Origin: Octopus vulgaris
Lineage: Eukaryota
Length of the DNA stretch: 64,000 nucleotides
NCBI GenBank assembly: GCA_951406725.2
Contig: OX597819.1
Span: 20,212,001-20,276,000 of the forward strand
Reading direction: 5' to 3'
The notes under the pieces were generated by a model, which was not told the DNA's origin, did not search any database, and saw only the letters and a list, made by a program, of their open reading frames with translations. This document shows positions 1 through 14,669 of the stretch, piece after piece. Each line of letters begins with the position of its first letter. Within the stretch, counting starts at the first letter, position 1. The position numbers were made by a program, and so were the translations under genes.

Positions 1-4
1 TATA

Positions 5-67
<63 letters not shown>

Positions 68-1108
68 ATAAATACACATACACACACATACTTATATAAG
101 TATATATATGCATATTTTAAAGTCTTTGATAAAACAAGCATCATAACTGATTCAGTATATGAATATGTATTCTTGAATGTATCGCTTTCCTATTCCAATC
201 TTTGCGCATTTGATTTTACTTCTATTATGAGCTCTTCTCTAGCTCAATGACACGACTAGAAATCTATAACGAAAGACATTAAGAATTTTTATATGTTATC
301 TTCCTTTGTTAAAATACTAAATATTTTGGGGTACAGTTTATGAAATGCAGTTCTCTTTTTTGAGACGATAGGTTGAGATTTCAGGAAGACTTCACTGAAG
401 ATTTTATTTGATCAAAAACCTAAACCGTTACTTGTCTAAATCACGTTTTCCTACGTATTTTGAAAACATTTTCTCAGAATACTTAAGTATGTTGCCAAAA
501 TATGCGTCGCAGTTGCTAAAAAATTAACAAAACCCAGACACCTACGTCCAAAGGAAGAGCAGTGAAGTGAAACCGTGTTTTCTTGCAAAAGGGCGATAAA
601 TACGTTTTGAATGTATGGTAGGTAGCCATTGACTTGCAGTATAAATACTTGAAAACATTATGCTGGGCATTGCATCATGATTGTGTTTGTTTCAATGTTA
701 CATTAAACTACATGTTATCCTAAAATGAATTCATGTGTTGAAATTCTACACGTGTTGTGAATATGTTCGTGACTATACATAACAAATACACTCATTTTTC
801 AGTAGAAATAAAACTTTATTATGAATAATGGATGTTATTCCGGAATGGAAATATATAATTTTTTTATAATCACATTATTATATATCATTCTCTATATACG
901 AATCCTGTTATACTAGTTAGCAATAGTTACAAACAAGCATTGCCTTTGGAAGGACGAATACATCACTCTCTAGTGAGTTTTCATCTAACTTATGAAATAC
1001 ACACATGTAAACATTTCTGTTATCGACCTGTTATTTATAGTTTTACATTAGCCATCTTATCCTTTCCTTATAGCAACGAAGTGCAATTTAGAGGATAATT
1101 AACAGTTA

Positions 1109-1870
1109 TACGAGGTGGTATCAAAAATTTCCCAAACTAGTTCTATATGCACAAACACAGCACCATTTGGTTACTGTCAACAAACGGTTGATGGCAGCGC
1201 AGTGAGAGCTAGCAGTGTACCGTGTGACATTGCGGAGTTGACTTCGCAAACTGTAAAATCTGCGTTCTTCTGATCACATATATGCTATAGCCTGCCATTT
1301 TGTCCTGGACAAAAAGTTGGAACTAAGAGCCAACGTGAAATTTTGCGTTAAACCTGGTAAGTCTGCTACAGAGACATTAAGCATGCTGTGGCAAAAGTAC
1401 GGCTTCGAGGCAATAAATCGTACGCATGATTTCGGGTGGCACGACATTTCAAAAGCGGAAGAACGCCTTTAGAAAACGATGTGCATTCAGGAAGACCTGC
1501 TATGAACGTGTGGGAAAAATTAATCACTTTGTGCATGAGGATCGTTGGAGAGCAACGAACAAATTTTTTGGTTTTTCGTATGAGTCCGTGCAGGAAATCC
1601 TCACAACTGGATTCTTCTCAAGGACACCTTGCCACCGAACTCTACTCATTTAGCAGTTTCTCGCAAAAGGCATGGTATCGATTCCGCATCCGCCCTACTA
1701 ACCAGATTTGGCACCTGCGGACTTTCATCTCTTCCTTAAGATTAAAAGGTAGTTCAAAGGTCGCCGTTTTAACACCGTTGTGGAGATGAATAACGAGTCG
1801 CAGAAATTCCTCTACTCGCTTATGGAAAACGACGTCTAGACCGGATTCCAAGAGTGTCATGAACAGTGTT
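1109..1870 (+). mobile_element. Decayed, internally deleted mariner (Tc1/mariner) transposon
   Basis: Left end TA-CGAGGTGGTATCAAAAA resembles a mariner TIR. Frameshifted translation ELRANVKFCVKPGKSATETLSML..YGFEAINRT..GW/RHFKSGRTPLENDVHSGRP matches the HTH region, and HPPY*PDLAPADFHLFLKIKR*FKGRRFNTVVE matches the YSPDLAPxD motif. No right TIR seen. Confidence 0.9.
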
Positions 1871-2124
1871 ATCGTTCTCACTATAACCCTGGAAATGATT
1901 GTTAACTCTTCACACGTAAAAAGGTCCTGTTTCGTTCACATGAAAAGCAGTGGGTGCAGTGATGTCAAAATGTCAGCCATCTGCAAGTAGACGGAGAAGC
2001 TGTAGCGGATGAAATTACCAAAATACTTTTTAAAAAAACAGGTAATTTTGAAAGAATAGCAACAATAGTACTCACTCACCATAAACCTCTTCAGCAGGGA
2101 ACATGTGGTATGTTGGATGGCCTA

Positions 2125-2365
2125 CAGCATTCACGGTTGACGGCATTTTTCGCTTGGGCGTTCGGGGCGAACACGAAAAGGTTTTTTTTATTATTTGTTT
2201 GCACCCGACTCTTGAGAATCCATCGTATAATTGGCCGAGTGAGAAACATGGTTGGCCTAAATGGAGACCTGTTGGTGTTAGTGTTTGCCCTTGGGACTTG
2301 TTGATGGACATAGCAAAGCAATGTGGAAGAGGGAGCTGAAGTCGACGCAAGGGACACGGGCATTG
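2125..2365 (-). mobile_element. Helitron RepHel C-terminal PIF1-type helicase relic
   Basis: RRLQLPLPHCFAMSINKSQGQTL..TGLHLGQPCFSLGQLYDGFSRVG matches PIF1 helicase motifs V/VI (FAMTINKSQGQTL..FSHGQLYVAxSRV). Confidence 0.9.
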
Positions 2366-3437
2366 TTTATCTGATGTCCTAAGATGAGTGTATTGCCGCA
2401 CAAGGTAACTATTTCGAAGATGATGCCAAAACTTTGGTAAATAAATTATTTTTTTATTAAACATAACTAGTCCTGGAACTCTTTGATGCCACCTTTTATC
2501 TAAGAGTTTGAGCAACAGAGTTCAGTTATTCATTCGCTGCTGATGGGTAAATTTGGTTCCTGATATTTAAAACTAGATCAGATTTCATGAATAAGATTTA
2601 TGTGAAAATGCGTTCCAAACCTGATTATTCCGTTTTATTTTGTATATCAAGAACTAGATCGTTTTTTAACGTCTTTAGTTTTAGAGAATATGGTGTGAAT
2701 TAAGCAAGATTTCGCTGATATAGACAACTAACGAGATTTTTTTGTTTTTGCTATTCGAAAACTGCTAAACAGAGACCAGTCATCAAATATTGATGTCACT
2801 TTTTACGGCTAACGTATTGTTAGGCAGTCATGGAGCAGACAGAATTATACTCTCTGTCTCTATGTTACTCTCTCTTTCTTTCTTTCTCTATTATTCTCTC
2901 ACTCTTTTTCTCTCTCTATAGCTCTCACTATCATTTACATACAAAGTTTGTACTTTGGACCGCGTAACAGATGTCTGCTTTATGAGGCGATTTGGGTGTA
3001 AATAAATTCTAATTTATCCTTCTTATGTAACCTAAAGAGTCTATGAAATGGAGAAAAGGTTTAGCAGCGATTCAGTTAGATATAGAGATATACTTCTATT
3101 CGCTTTATTTCATTTATCAAGTTTACAAAACAATCTGTAGTCGCAAAAGGTAAAATTATCAGCACGAAGATAGAATAAAAGTATTTATTGGAACCAACAA
3201 ACATCAGTTATTTACTGATTTGTAGAGAATTTCATCGTAGTTGTTTAAACACAGAACGTGTACAGAGAAGTCGTATTAAAAAAAAAAACCACCTAATATT
3301 CTATCATGAACATGTTATCGTTGACTCGTTCTTTGCGTCCATGTCAAATTAGAACTTTTTCCTACATGTCCATATGGAGTGATTGAAAGGAAATTTTTCT
3401 TTTTCATCACCAGCGAGAGTCGAGAAACTCGGACTGA

Positions 3438-3865
3438 GGATTTTTTCGGTTTGAACGGCAGTTTTTTTCTAGCGGTGTCATATGAAATTGTCACCCATAA
3501 TTATGACCCTAGTATCGATCTATTGCATTTCTATCTGTTTAAGGGTTAGTTAGGGTTAGGGCTAGCTGTGGGGGGAAGGGTATCTTTTTTTCTTCACAAA
3601 TGTAAATAAACCCAATCTGTTTCTTAAACGATGGACATATCCATACGGCACATAATGTATTTTACCTCAATAGACGTCAGTGATTGGTTGAAATTGCAGA
3701 AAGTGAAGAAAAAACCCAACAAATATCTTACAAACTATAGAATTTTCTCAATAAAGCCAAGAGAAAAAGATGTTTTATAAACACATTCTACTAGTATACG
3801 AAGTTTAAAATTTTTTAGTTACCTAGAAATTATGTTAAAAACTGCCGTTCAAACCGAAAGTATCC
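3438..3865. mobile_element. MITE (428 bp) with 29-bp TIRs and 8-bp TSD, Merlin-like
   Basis: TIR GGATTTTTTCGGTTTGAACGGCAGTTTTT against the reverse complement of the right end, GGATACTTTCGGTTTGAACGGCAGTTTTT (2 mismatches). Flanks CGGACTGA and CGGACTGC. Internal GGTTAGTTAGGGTTAGGG at about 3544-3561. Confidence 0.85.
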
Positions 3866-5142
3866 CGGACTGCCAACTGGAAATCAGAAAGCCTAACATT
3901 ATTTGTCGTTACATATTTCTGTAAGGATCTTGCTATATACAACATAGATTAAATTCTCTTTTACTCCAAGGCTTTGTCCTTTACACATTTAAAGATGTTG
4001 TTGGATTAGCAAGCAGCAAAATGAGAATAGGAAACTATAGTGTGCGAACAACCAGGTATGAGATTAACATCATTTGAACTGAGTAAAAAAAAAAAAAAAA
4101 GAACTGGCTGAAATGCCTGGTGGATTCAGCTAAGATAACATATTGAACTGACCACGTTTGCTGCGGGACAATAATCTTGATAAGAATCCAAAGGAAACTC
4201 AAATGGATTTGAACCCAGGAAAATAGGATTATAAAACGAACGTTAGCCGTAGTGACAAAATATTGATTCTTAAATCAGACTAGAGAGAGTAAATTTGGAG
4301 AAAGCGTAGAAACAATTTAATGGTCTCCAGCACTTTGCAAGTACTTATGTTATCTCTCGGAAATTCATCTGTCATTTGAACACCAGATGCAAGGCGTAGG
4401 TATAAGTCATTACCACGAAGCGTTTATTCCACCAGTCAGTATTTGCTGTCAGTCCACCAGCTTAGATCTCTAAAAATATTGACAGACATAATCTAGTTCA
4501 AAAGAGATGGAATGTTCGAATTCCATCAGTCATCAGTTAGGAATGTTGTTTCTTTCTTAAAATTATTTAAGAAAGAATGCAAACCATCTAGAGAGAATCA
4601 GAGCTCACACAAACCCTATACCAAATGGAGATGGTTAGCAATGTAGATTGACAACTTGAAGACAACTAACTGAATTCCATAATAGCTTGTATAAATCGTA
4701 GAAAATAGTAAATGTCTAACATAGTTCTGACGTTTAATATGTTCTGGCAATTACTTGGTGCACCCCTTGGCAATATAAAATCGGTAAATGCTACTAATGT
4801 GTAATTTTATATGCATTTGCTTCTATTTCATACTCGTATACTGACAAATAAGATAATTAACTTGCAATCAGATACGCATATATACATGGACAGGCATAAA
4901 TATACACTGAGTCTTTAGTACACACACAATCATACACACACATATCGGGAGAGAAAGAAATACGAAGAGAGATAGATCTGAGTGACAGAGAGAAAGAGGG
5001 AGAACGTAAAGAAGGAAGAAAGAAGGAAAAGAAGCAAGAGGAAAAGGCGAGGCAGTTGGGCAGGCAGACAGAAAGAGCGTCAGAGGGAGAGAAGCCCACG
5101 TTACACTTATGAAATCAAATCAATACGATTCACATATATTTA

Positions 5143-5189
<47 letters not shown>

Positions 5190-5218
5190 GTATATATATA
5201 TATATGTGTGTGTGTGTA

Positions 5219-5255
<37 letters not shown>

Positions 5256-6936
5256 GTGTGAAGATATTCATCGTGTTCGATAGTTGATGTCAGGAATCCA
5301 ATCTAATTCAATAAACAGATAAACAGAATGAGCTTTTCGCTCGCTAAGAACTTGCCTTTATAATTTGTTTACGGAAATGACAAGAGAATGCGTTTTCAAT
5401 TATACAGAAAGAATAAAAGATGGGCACTAATGTTTGCAGATAAAATATCAGGAAACAGACCAATATTGTCTAAATGTCAAAAATAAAGTTTCATAAAAAC
5501 CAAAAAAAAAAAAAAAAAATTAAGTCTAACAAATATCTAAAACAATGAAGATCGGTTAACGTTTATGCATTTGCTTTATGTAAATTGTCAGTGACTGTCT
5601 GTTTGAAACATTTATCACCATGTCACCGTAAAATTCTTTATTAGACTAATTTCGGTCGGATATGACTCGAAGATTTGTAATAGATTTCTTGGAAATCGTT
5701 CATTTAAAGAAATGTTGGCATATTGTGTCTGGTTTTGGTTTTTGTAAAAAAAAAATTCCTATAGATGAAAACAATTTCCAGTATATTAAATTGAATTTTT
5801 TTTTTTTTTGTTTTACGTTTATTGTGGTGTGTTTTTTGTAATAATGAAACAAATTGTCGGCGATAAAATATAAATGTTCAAATCAGTTGAAATATAATAA
5901 GTGAAACAAATAAAATATTTTCTCTACAATACATTGAGTGAGTGTGCTAGAAATCCAAGAAATCTGGAAGGAACTGTGGGAGTATTTTGCAGGCGGAACC
6001 AAAATATATTTTATATTACACAATGCAGGGTGTGCTCATATTTAAATTAATTAAAAAATATCTTCCTGATGTGTGGAGGAAAATATTTGACAAAGGTCTA
6101 AATCTCCTGCAGCAAAACAGAGAATAATTCCAATCACAAATTACATAAATATGAAAACCTACATCAATTAATCAAAATTGGGAAATATTTGGTGGTAAAA
6201 AGTAAAGGGTTAAAAGGAAAATTAATCTACTTTGAGGCAAACTGTGACAAATCAGGAGATGATAATTGTGAAGTTGGAACTCATCAGGGAAACGAAGTCA
6301 ATGCTACTCTTTCCAGATCAGTAATAACAGAAATATGATGCATATGCACAATTGAGGATACATCAATGTGTAACAACAACCCAGCTAGTACGGAGAGATA
6401 TATTCCCTATGGAAGGCAAGCAGTAAAATGTAACCGTAACATATTTACTGTTTTAAGTGAAAATAAATTAATGAACAAAGACTTTCAGTCATTCAGGAAT
6501 AATAAACCTGATAAAATTAATTCACTCAGATCGTCGCTCTTTTTTTGTTTCTCTAAACGCTTTGTTTCTCTAACATTCCCATGTAATGAGCATCAAGCTC
6601 AATAAATGCTAATTTTGTAAAACAAACAACAACAAATACTAATCGCTGTCTAAAATAAAGGCGTTAAATACGTATCTCTGTACATCTTTATTTCAACATG
6701 CTCCCAACTGGAATCGGTCTTTGTCCAAGTTTCCAACTTATAGGTTTAGGGATCACAGTGCAGAAGCAGATTTGCCTATCAACTGCTTCAATTTAATATA
6801 GCCCAAAATGACTTAAAATGGATCCTTGTCTTGGTGGCTTGAAATGTCAAAATATTTGCAAATGTTTTCACGAGTCATGTGATACGTTCGTCAACAAAGC
6901 AGTTCCTGTCTATTAGCGTATACTAGGGAACACTCA

Positions 6937-7022
<86 letters not shown>

Positions 7023-9019
7023 CGTGTGGCATCCACATAGGTTCCGTGTACGAAATTCATTCACAAGGGATTGACTGTCTTTGGGCTAAAGTTGAAGAAA
7101 CTTGTCCTAGATAGTTGACAATTGAGCTTTTTATTCAAACAAAGAAACGCAAAGGGGAAGTTCCCTCTTCTATACTTGAATACTTTAATCCAGTGTATTT
7201 CGTTAATACGTGTTCATTATAGAAGTAAAGAGACACGAGAGGGAGAAGAAAAAGTAGAACGAGAGTTAGAACGGAGTGAAATCTGGAGAGTGTGGGTATC
7301 TGATGCAGAGTTTGCCATATCCAGAGCATGGCAGAATGAGGCCAAAATTTAGAATTGATCCGAATCTGTCAAGATTTCAGGAAGCTTCAAAATTATCGAT
7401 TATGAGCACACAGATGGGCTTAAATTAAATTTATTGAAGTAAGTGGTACTCATTCCTCTAAAACGCTAAAACAGTGAGTGGTAAGCCTAGTAAAAGACAA
7501 AGTATATTGTTCAGAACATAATAAAGAAAAGGTGTTAATACCATTAGTGAAAAATATATAAATATGATAATGTATTATGACTGATATTTTGAATTTGAGT
7601 AAAAGCTTGCATAATTTTATTGTTCCGCTTATAGATTGAATCTGTAATGTGCGTGTTAGCTGGTTGATTTCTTTTTCTTAAAACGCCAGTTTTTCCAGAT
7701 TGTCACTTGGGCAATTATTCAGAAAACCAGGTGGGTCGATTATTATTGGTATAAATGCGAACCTATTATCTGAGTAGAGGAGATGGATTTCGAAGCAGTT
7801 GTCTATAGTCATCCTGTTTTCCCTTTATTTTCAAAGACGCTTACTTCTGCAAAGACATTTTATGACATATTTATACTTGTTTCTCCAAGTTCAGAGCAGT
7901 TTCCACGGAAACATTATGCTAATATCCCTTGTGTTGAAGTTTATGCATGCATTCAGTAACACGTGTTTGTAGGAGCACAATATGCTTTTTCGGATTATAT
8001 TGTGTAATGCATGCAAGTGTAAACGTGTTTATGCATGTATGATTGCATGCAAGGATGCATGTAGGTAGGTTTTATGTATATAGTTAGGGAGGTAGGCAAG
8101 CAGTATGTTTGTAGGTAGGCCGGAAGTTAGATAGATAGTTAGGTACGTAGGTATATTTATGGGTAAGATAGATAGGTAGGTATGCCGGTATGCATGTGAG
8201 TTGGTATGAATGTGGGTTTGTACGTAAGTAATATTCGTGCCTACATGATGTATGCTTTGACCAATGTATATTGAGAAATGTTAAAAACATAAAAAAGTAA
8301 AAGCTATAAATCGGTGCTTTCGCTTAAAAATTCCGTTGTGATATTTGTTCTGCTCTACCTTAAAATAATATTTATTGTTAGCATTTCCATTATAAACATA
8401 GCGAAAGAAAGAGTAGGCTGCTAGGTCCTTTAAACTAGCCTACACATTGTTCTCTATAAAACTATTTAAATATAAAATAATTTGGACTGAACTTGCAATG
8501 TTTAGGAACGTCAAACAAAGAGATAATATTAGTCATAACGGACAATCGTTTTGGACGGGATTTGCATCAATTAGACACTATCCAGCCTAAAATAAATATA
8601 ACACTGTACGTCATTTTATTCTGGGAAACAGTTTTGTACACCTTGTCATGTTGCATTATAAATTTGACTGATGAATTTATACCACAGTGCGTACACACTC
8701 ACACACACATCCAAACACTCACACATATACAAGCTTACACACATATACGCACACGCGTACCTATATTTATATACGCATACGTACACATACAATGTGTGTA
8801 TGAGTGTGTGTTTGCGCGGTAAATGTATAAGTATATTCCTTTCATCATTTGCTGGTCACAGCCATTGGAGAGCCTCCTTGGAGTGGTGGTGCCGCGTTTG
8901 ATGCATTAGTCCTGTTCTCATTCTAGCAGCCTTTCTTTGTATAAATTCTAAAAACGTAAACCTACCAGAAACGGCAAGAGTACAAATAGAGTACAAATCA
9001 CACATACCCAAACATATAC

Positions 9020-9098
<79 letters not shown>

Positions 9099-9101
<3 letters not shown>

Positions 9102-9269
9102 AGAGTTTACGAAAAAAAAGCAAACAGAAGATGAAGACAGGTGGTGTACAAAACAAACAGATGTATTAGTATAACGCTCAAGAATAGAAAAAGTATTTTA
9201 CGTTTCGAGCCTACACTCTTCTACAGAAAGGGACACAGAAGAAACAAAGAGAGAAAAAAATGTGTGTGA
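9099..9269 (-). mobile_element. Short (TA)n-embedded repeat (family H) with variant hammerhead motif
   Basis: Reverse complement of the 16552-16737 copy. The minus strand reads CTGTAGA-A-GAGTGTAGGCTC-GAAACGTA. Confidence 0.75.
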
Positions 9270-10737
9270 TATAATATATATATAAATATATGTATACGTC
9301 AGGTCAAGGTCATACATTAATCGACTCATGTTTAGTGAATATCAATACTGAACATATTGCAAATGTTCTGAGAATTATTCCTCTCCACTTCAGCTAGGCT
9401 AACTTTACCCAGCTCCACTAACATTATACGTCAACGGTAAAAGAAATAGGTCTGGAAACAAGAAATCCTATGTCCAAGGTCATTGCTTGGTCTCTTGGAA
9501 GATTTTGTTCTACAACAAACTGGAGTTGACATGTACATTAAAATGAAATTCACTGAGCACGTGAACTCATTAAGAACAAATCATATACGTGATAGTATTA
9601 TCTCGTAGCAGTTTGAATCTGTGTTCCATTAATTCTTCCCGAAGTTTACAACAAGGGTTCAGCCATTTAGGTTGGAATTCAATGAGTAGTGAGATACTTA
9701 GACTGATTGATCAACTGTAATTCCGATTCATTGTCGGAAATTCTGATGACAAGCTAATTTCGAATCCATTTAATGTGAAGTCTAAAAGGTATCATATCAA
9801 AGTTATATGTCCGTTGTTGCCATCCTTTATAGGAAGAAATTAAAATATTGTTTGCTCTCGACTAACATTGTATTTACCTCTACGAATCAATTTTAAAAAT
9901 TAATTTGTAGCTACGCACTACGCGCAACAGTAAATATAGTAACACTGAGCGCACAGAGGCTTTTCAAAAACATGATGTCCATCAGTATTTTTTCTAATTA
10001 ATTTATTATCTATATAATTTGAAATTGTTCATGTCTCTCAAGCAATAATTGATTGCGTGGTAAAACTGATTTAATTACATGTGAAAAACATCACGATAAT
10101 AATTTAAATACAAATATAAGGATAGATTAATTTCTTTGATAAAATGATATGATATCGAGTTATCAGCGTGCGGTGTTAAATTTTTCTATTTTATTTCATA
10201 TTAATTCCTGACATATGTATGCATTTTCTTTCTTATGTCTACACATATCGGATGGTGACCGTCTAAGATAATGAAAAATATTCTACGCTTAAACCAGAAG
10301 TTTATATAAGTGAAGATTCTGGTTATAGGTATTTGAAAGCAGACATCAGTCCACAGTGTCTTCATTGTACAGTCTACCTTCATGACTCATGAGTACGCAA
10401 TACATGTTTGTATGCATGAATATATGTATGTGGAAGTGTATGTATGCATATATTCCCACGCACAGATACCAATATATATATATATATATATATATCTATA
10501 TATATATATACCTTCGAAACCTGGAGTAGACGAAACAGGGACAAATTAAGAAGGGGAATATTCCTTGTGTTGCATGTCTTGTACACTGTTTTTTCGTTGT
10601 TTTAAAAGAAAGTTTGTTTCCATGTTTTTGTTCTTATGTTTTCGTTTCTCATTGTGTTCAACGTGTTTTGGCTGTTCTGTAACCATATATGTATGTATAC
10701 ATATATATGTAGGTATGTACATATATGTATGTATATA

Positions 10738-10769
<32 letters not shown>

Positions 10770-11155
10770 CTCTTTTACTCTTTTACTTGTTTCAGTCATT
10801 TGACTGCGGCCACGCTGGAGCACCGCCTTTAATCGAGCAACTCGACCCAGGGACTTATTCTTTGTAAGCCCAGTACTTATTCTATCGGTCTCTTTTGCCG
10901 AACCGCTAAGTGACGGGGACATAAATGCTAGGGTGACAAACACAGACAAACACACATACACATACATATATATATATATATATACATAAATACGACGGGC
11001 TTCATTCAGTTTCCATCTACCAAATCCACTCACAAGGCTTTGGTCGGCCCGAGGCTATAGTAGAAGACACTTGCCTAAGGTGCCACGTAGTGGGACTGAA
11101 CCCGCAATCATGTGGTTGGTAAACAAGCTACTTACCACACAGCCACTCCTGCACC
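10770..11155 (-). mobile_element. tRNA-derived SINE family A (CORE-like)
   Basis: Head GGTGCAGGAGTGGCTGTGTGGTAAG..GGGTTCAGTCCC gives A/B boxes. Also GGCACCTTAGGCAAGTGTCTT, an internal (TA)/(TG) tract and a (GAGTAAAA)n tail. Multiple copies in the window. Confidence 0.9.
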
Positions 11156-11158
11156 TAT

Positions 11159-11191
<33 letters not shown>

Positions 11192-11550
11192 CTCGTTTAC
11201 TTGTTTCAGTCATTTGACTGCGGCCATGCACAGCTTTTAATCGAGTAACAGACCCCGGGACTTATTCTTTTGCCGAACTGCTAAGTGACGAGGACATAAA
11301 CACACCAGCATCGGTTGTCCAGCAAATGCTAGGGGGCCAAACACAGACACACACACATACACATACACATATATATATATACATATATACGACAGGCTTC
11401 TTTCAGTTTCCATCTACCAAATCCACTCACAAGGCTTTGGTCGGCCCGAGGCTATAGTAGAAGACACTTGTCCAAGGTGCCACGCAGTGTGACTGAACCC
11501 GGAACCATGTGGCTGGTAAACAAGCTACTTACCACACAGCCACTGCTGCG

Positions 11551-11552
<2 letters not shown>
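11192..11552 (-). mobile_element. SINE family A, tandem neighbour copy
   Basis: Colinear with 10770-11155 and 34659-35047, with a small internal deletion. Confidence 0.9.
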
Positions 11553-11596
<44 letters not shown>

Positions 11597-12104
11597 ATGG
11601 GAATTCAATTCTCTCTCAGCCTCACTGCATCCATTTCTCTCCCAACCTGACTACATAACACAATAATATTAATACTTCCCAAAATAGTATTTTCTATTCA
11701 AGTAGTAACCAAACTCAATATATCGGGCCATTTTTTTGTTATTTTATTTTATAAATAACGTTGAAATTATTATACACTGTAATAAATGATATCGATACAC
11801 TCATTAAACTACAGTGAGATGTAACTATATTGAAAAATTGAAAGCTTCATCAAAATTGGCAGCAGAGCCAAACATTTTTGCAGCGATCACGAAACGAAAA
11901 TATTTTTCACCTACGGAATTTGCTACGAGGTTAAAAGTTCATAGACTGAGACAAAAATAGGTACATCGTGTGGTCATAATATTAGATATAATACGACAGG
12001 AAAAAAAAAAAATTCTCTAACGCTATTTCACTATCTCTGGTTTTATCTCTCTTTATATTTGTGTAAGTGTGTATCTCTACATGTATGTATATGTTTCAGT
12101 GTGC

Positions 12105-12174
<70 letters not shown>

Positions 12175-12251
12175 ATGGATATAAAAATATATGTGTGTAT
12201 ATGTATATATATGTACATATATATATATGTGTGTGTGTATGTATATATATG

Positions 12252-12288
<37 letters not shown>

Positions 12289-12328
12289 GTGTGTGTGTAT
12301 GTGTGTGTATAAATATATATGTATATAT

Positions 12329-12380
<52 letters not shown>

Positions 12381-12786
12381 TACCGATTGTAAATATTCAT
12401 GCACACGTATCGAGAGAGTCCATCAATTTTATTCATAGATACACGTGTACTTCAATATTAAAATACACACCTGCGTGCATTTGTGTCTGCGTGTGTGTAG
12501 AGGTGGGCGTTCAAGCAAGCGAGTGTGTGAGGGGATTTAGCGTACATATTTAATTTCATTTTATTCTTTGTGTCGTTGGAATTTGTTTCGTGCGGAGGAC
12601 AATCAATTTCTTTTTCGCGCGCACACGGATGATGTGTACGTGTGCAAGTATGCCAGTACGTTTGTGCGTATGGGCGTGTGTATGTGTGCGTGCGTTTGTG
12701 TGTGTTGTATATAAAGAAATGAGTCTATACATCGACATATGCATATAGCTTTGTGGATATGTTTGTGTGTTGTAATTATGTATATG

Positions 12787-12818
<32 letters not shown>

Positions 12819-12874
12819 CATATATATATATAACAAATTTACTTAGAAATTGATGCGTGCGTTCTGTCATATAA

Positions 12875-13035
12875 TAACAAATTAATAAATAAAACATATG
12901 CATATATAAATACATATATGTACGTACCTACAGCTACATGGTGTCCTGTACCCATATATGCATGTATATATACATGTAGATGTAGGTACGTACATATATG
13001 TATGTATATATGCATATGGTTTATTTATTAATTTG

Positions 13036-13040
<5 letters not shown>
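12875..13040. repeat. Inverted repeat, arms about 65 bp, spacer about 32 bp
   Basis: TAACAAATTAATAAATAAAACATATGCATATATA..GTACGTACCTACAGCTACATG pairs with CATGTAGATGTAGGTACGTAC..TATATATGCATATGGTTTATTTATTAATTTGTTA. Confidence 0.8.
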
Positions 13041-13077
<37 letters not shown>

Positions 13078-13078
13078 G

Positions 13079-13113
<35 letters not shown>

Positions 13114-13892
13114 TTTTCTGCATGTGTGTTTCTGTGTTGGACGCACACATAGGCGCGCACCCACGCGTGTATGTTATAATGCTTTCGCATGTGTTTGTCT
13201 TTGTATATATATGTGTGTAGAGTTTCGAAGAATGAAGGTATGTCCGGGCGTTTATGTAAATTCAATATGTCATTATATATTCAATAGACATAACCATATT
13301 TACCTAACAGTATCCAAGTTCGGCTTAAAGAGTTAATTTAATATGAGAAAACAGACACTGTTTCCATGGTATCTAACATGGTGGAAAAGCGTGCAATGAG
13401 CGGTCCGAATATAATAGAATATCGATTTTGCTAGAATATTCTAACTTTTCACCTATGTTGATAATATAACTGGTTACATTTAATTCGCGTCTACTTTCGT
13501 AGTTAAGGCACGAATAGTTTATCAGGTTTCTTTAACGAGCTAAAATAGAACCTACTAGAATCAATGGCTCGCTAGAGGTCAGTGCGTAATAACAGCTCGT
13601 CGCCATTGTGAATATATTAGAAGAATGAAAGCAATGACATACCTATATATATACAGTGCTCCCATTATTTACCTTCCTACCTACCTGCCTATGTTCCTGC
13701 CAACCACTCTACGCATTATTGGCTTCAACAATCTCATTTTTACTGATATTCTGTTGTTTCATTCAGCATAATAACAATGGTCCTAATAAGAAGAAAAAAG
13801 AATGAAAAAAAGAATGAAAAAAGAAATACTTATTGTCGGCTATGTCACTCATCCGGTGCCCCCCTGCTGTAATAAAGTAAAATATAACACTA

Positions 13893-14205
13893 TCAATAAT
13901 AACAATAATAATAATAATAATAATAATAAAAAATAATGATGATGATGATAATAATAATAATGATGATGATGGTGGTGGTGATGGTGGTGGTGATGATGAT
14001 GATGATAATAATAATAATAATACCGAAGATAATAATAATAATATTAATATTAATAATAATAATAATAACAATAATAATAATGATGATGATGATGATGGTG
14101 ATGTTGATGATATTGGTGATGATGATGGTGATGGTGATGATAGTGGTGATGAGGATGATGATGATGATGTTGATGATGATGATGATGATGAGGAGGAGGA
14201 GGAGA
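13893..14205. repeat. Compound (TAA)n/(TGA)n/(TGG)n microsatellite
   Basis: Seen directly. Confidence 0.95.
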
Positions 14206-14669
14206 ATTTCAGTTACTAGAGACAGGGACATAGATTATTCATGGCATTACAAAGATAGACAAGAGTTTGTGTGGGTGATTTACAACAAGAATATGTAGGA
14301 AGAATGAAAATATATTAACGCTGATTAAACTTTGTTTTCATTTATGTATTTATTTATTTTTTTGCTTATGCGTAACACAATCTAATAGGGCACAACTGTG
14401 ATTTACTTCGATTAAAATATGTGAATATGTTACTGTTACCCATATTCATAGCTGTACTGATGGAATCATGAGTGTGTACTTAAAAAGTTCGTTTATAATC
14501 ATGTGGTTACACAGCACCTAGGGCAAATATTTCCCCCTGTAGGCCCGAGCCTACCAATTCCTTCTGAATAAATTTGGTCGACGACAACTCTTTGAAAGCC
14601 CAACGGATAAAAGTATGTGTATGCATTCTTTTACTATTTGTGTTTGACACCGGTCAGTGGAAATCTCTT

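Noticed and set aside
2080-2121. Possible 42-nt minus-strand exon (GHPTYHMFPAEEVY) with GTGAGT donor
   Set aside because: The acceptor lies in Helitron-derived sequence without a pyrimidine tract, and its phase does not fit the candidate chain.
5560-6215. Faint Tc1/mariner C-terminal and piggyBac-end-like (AAAGGGTTAA) remnants
   Set aside because: Too eroded to define boundaries or a family by eye.
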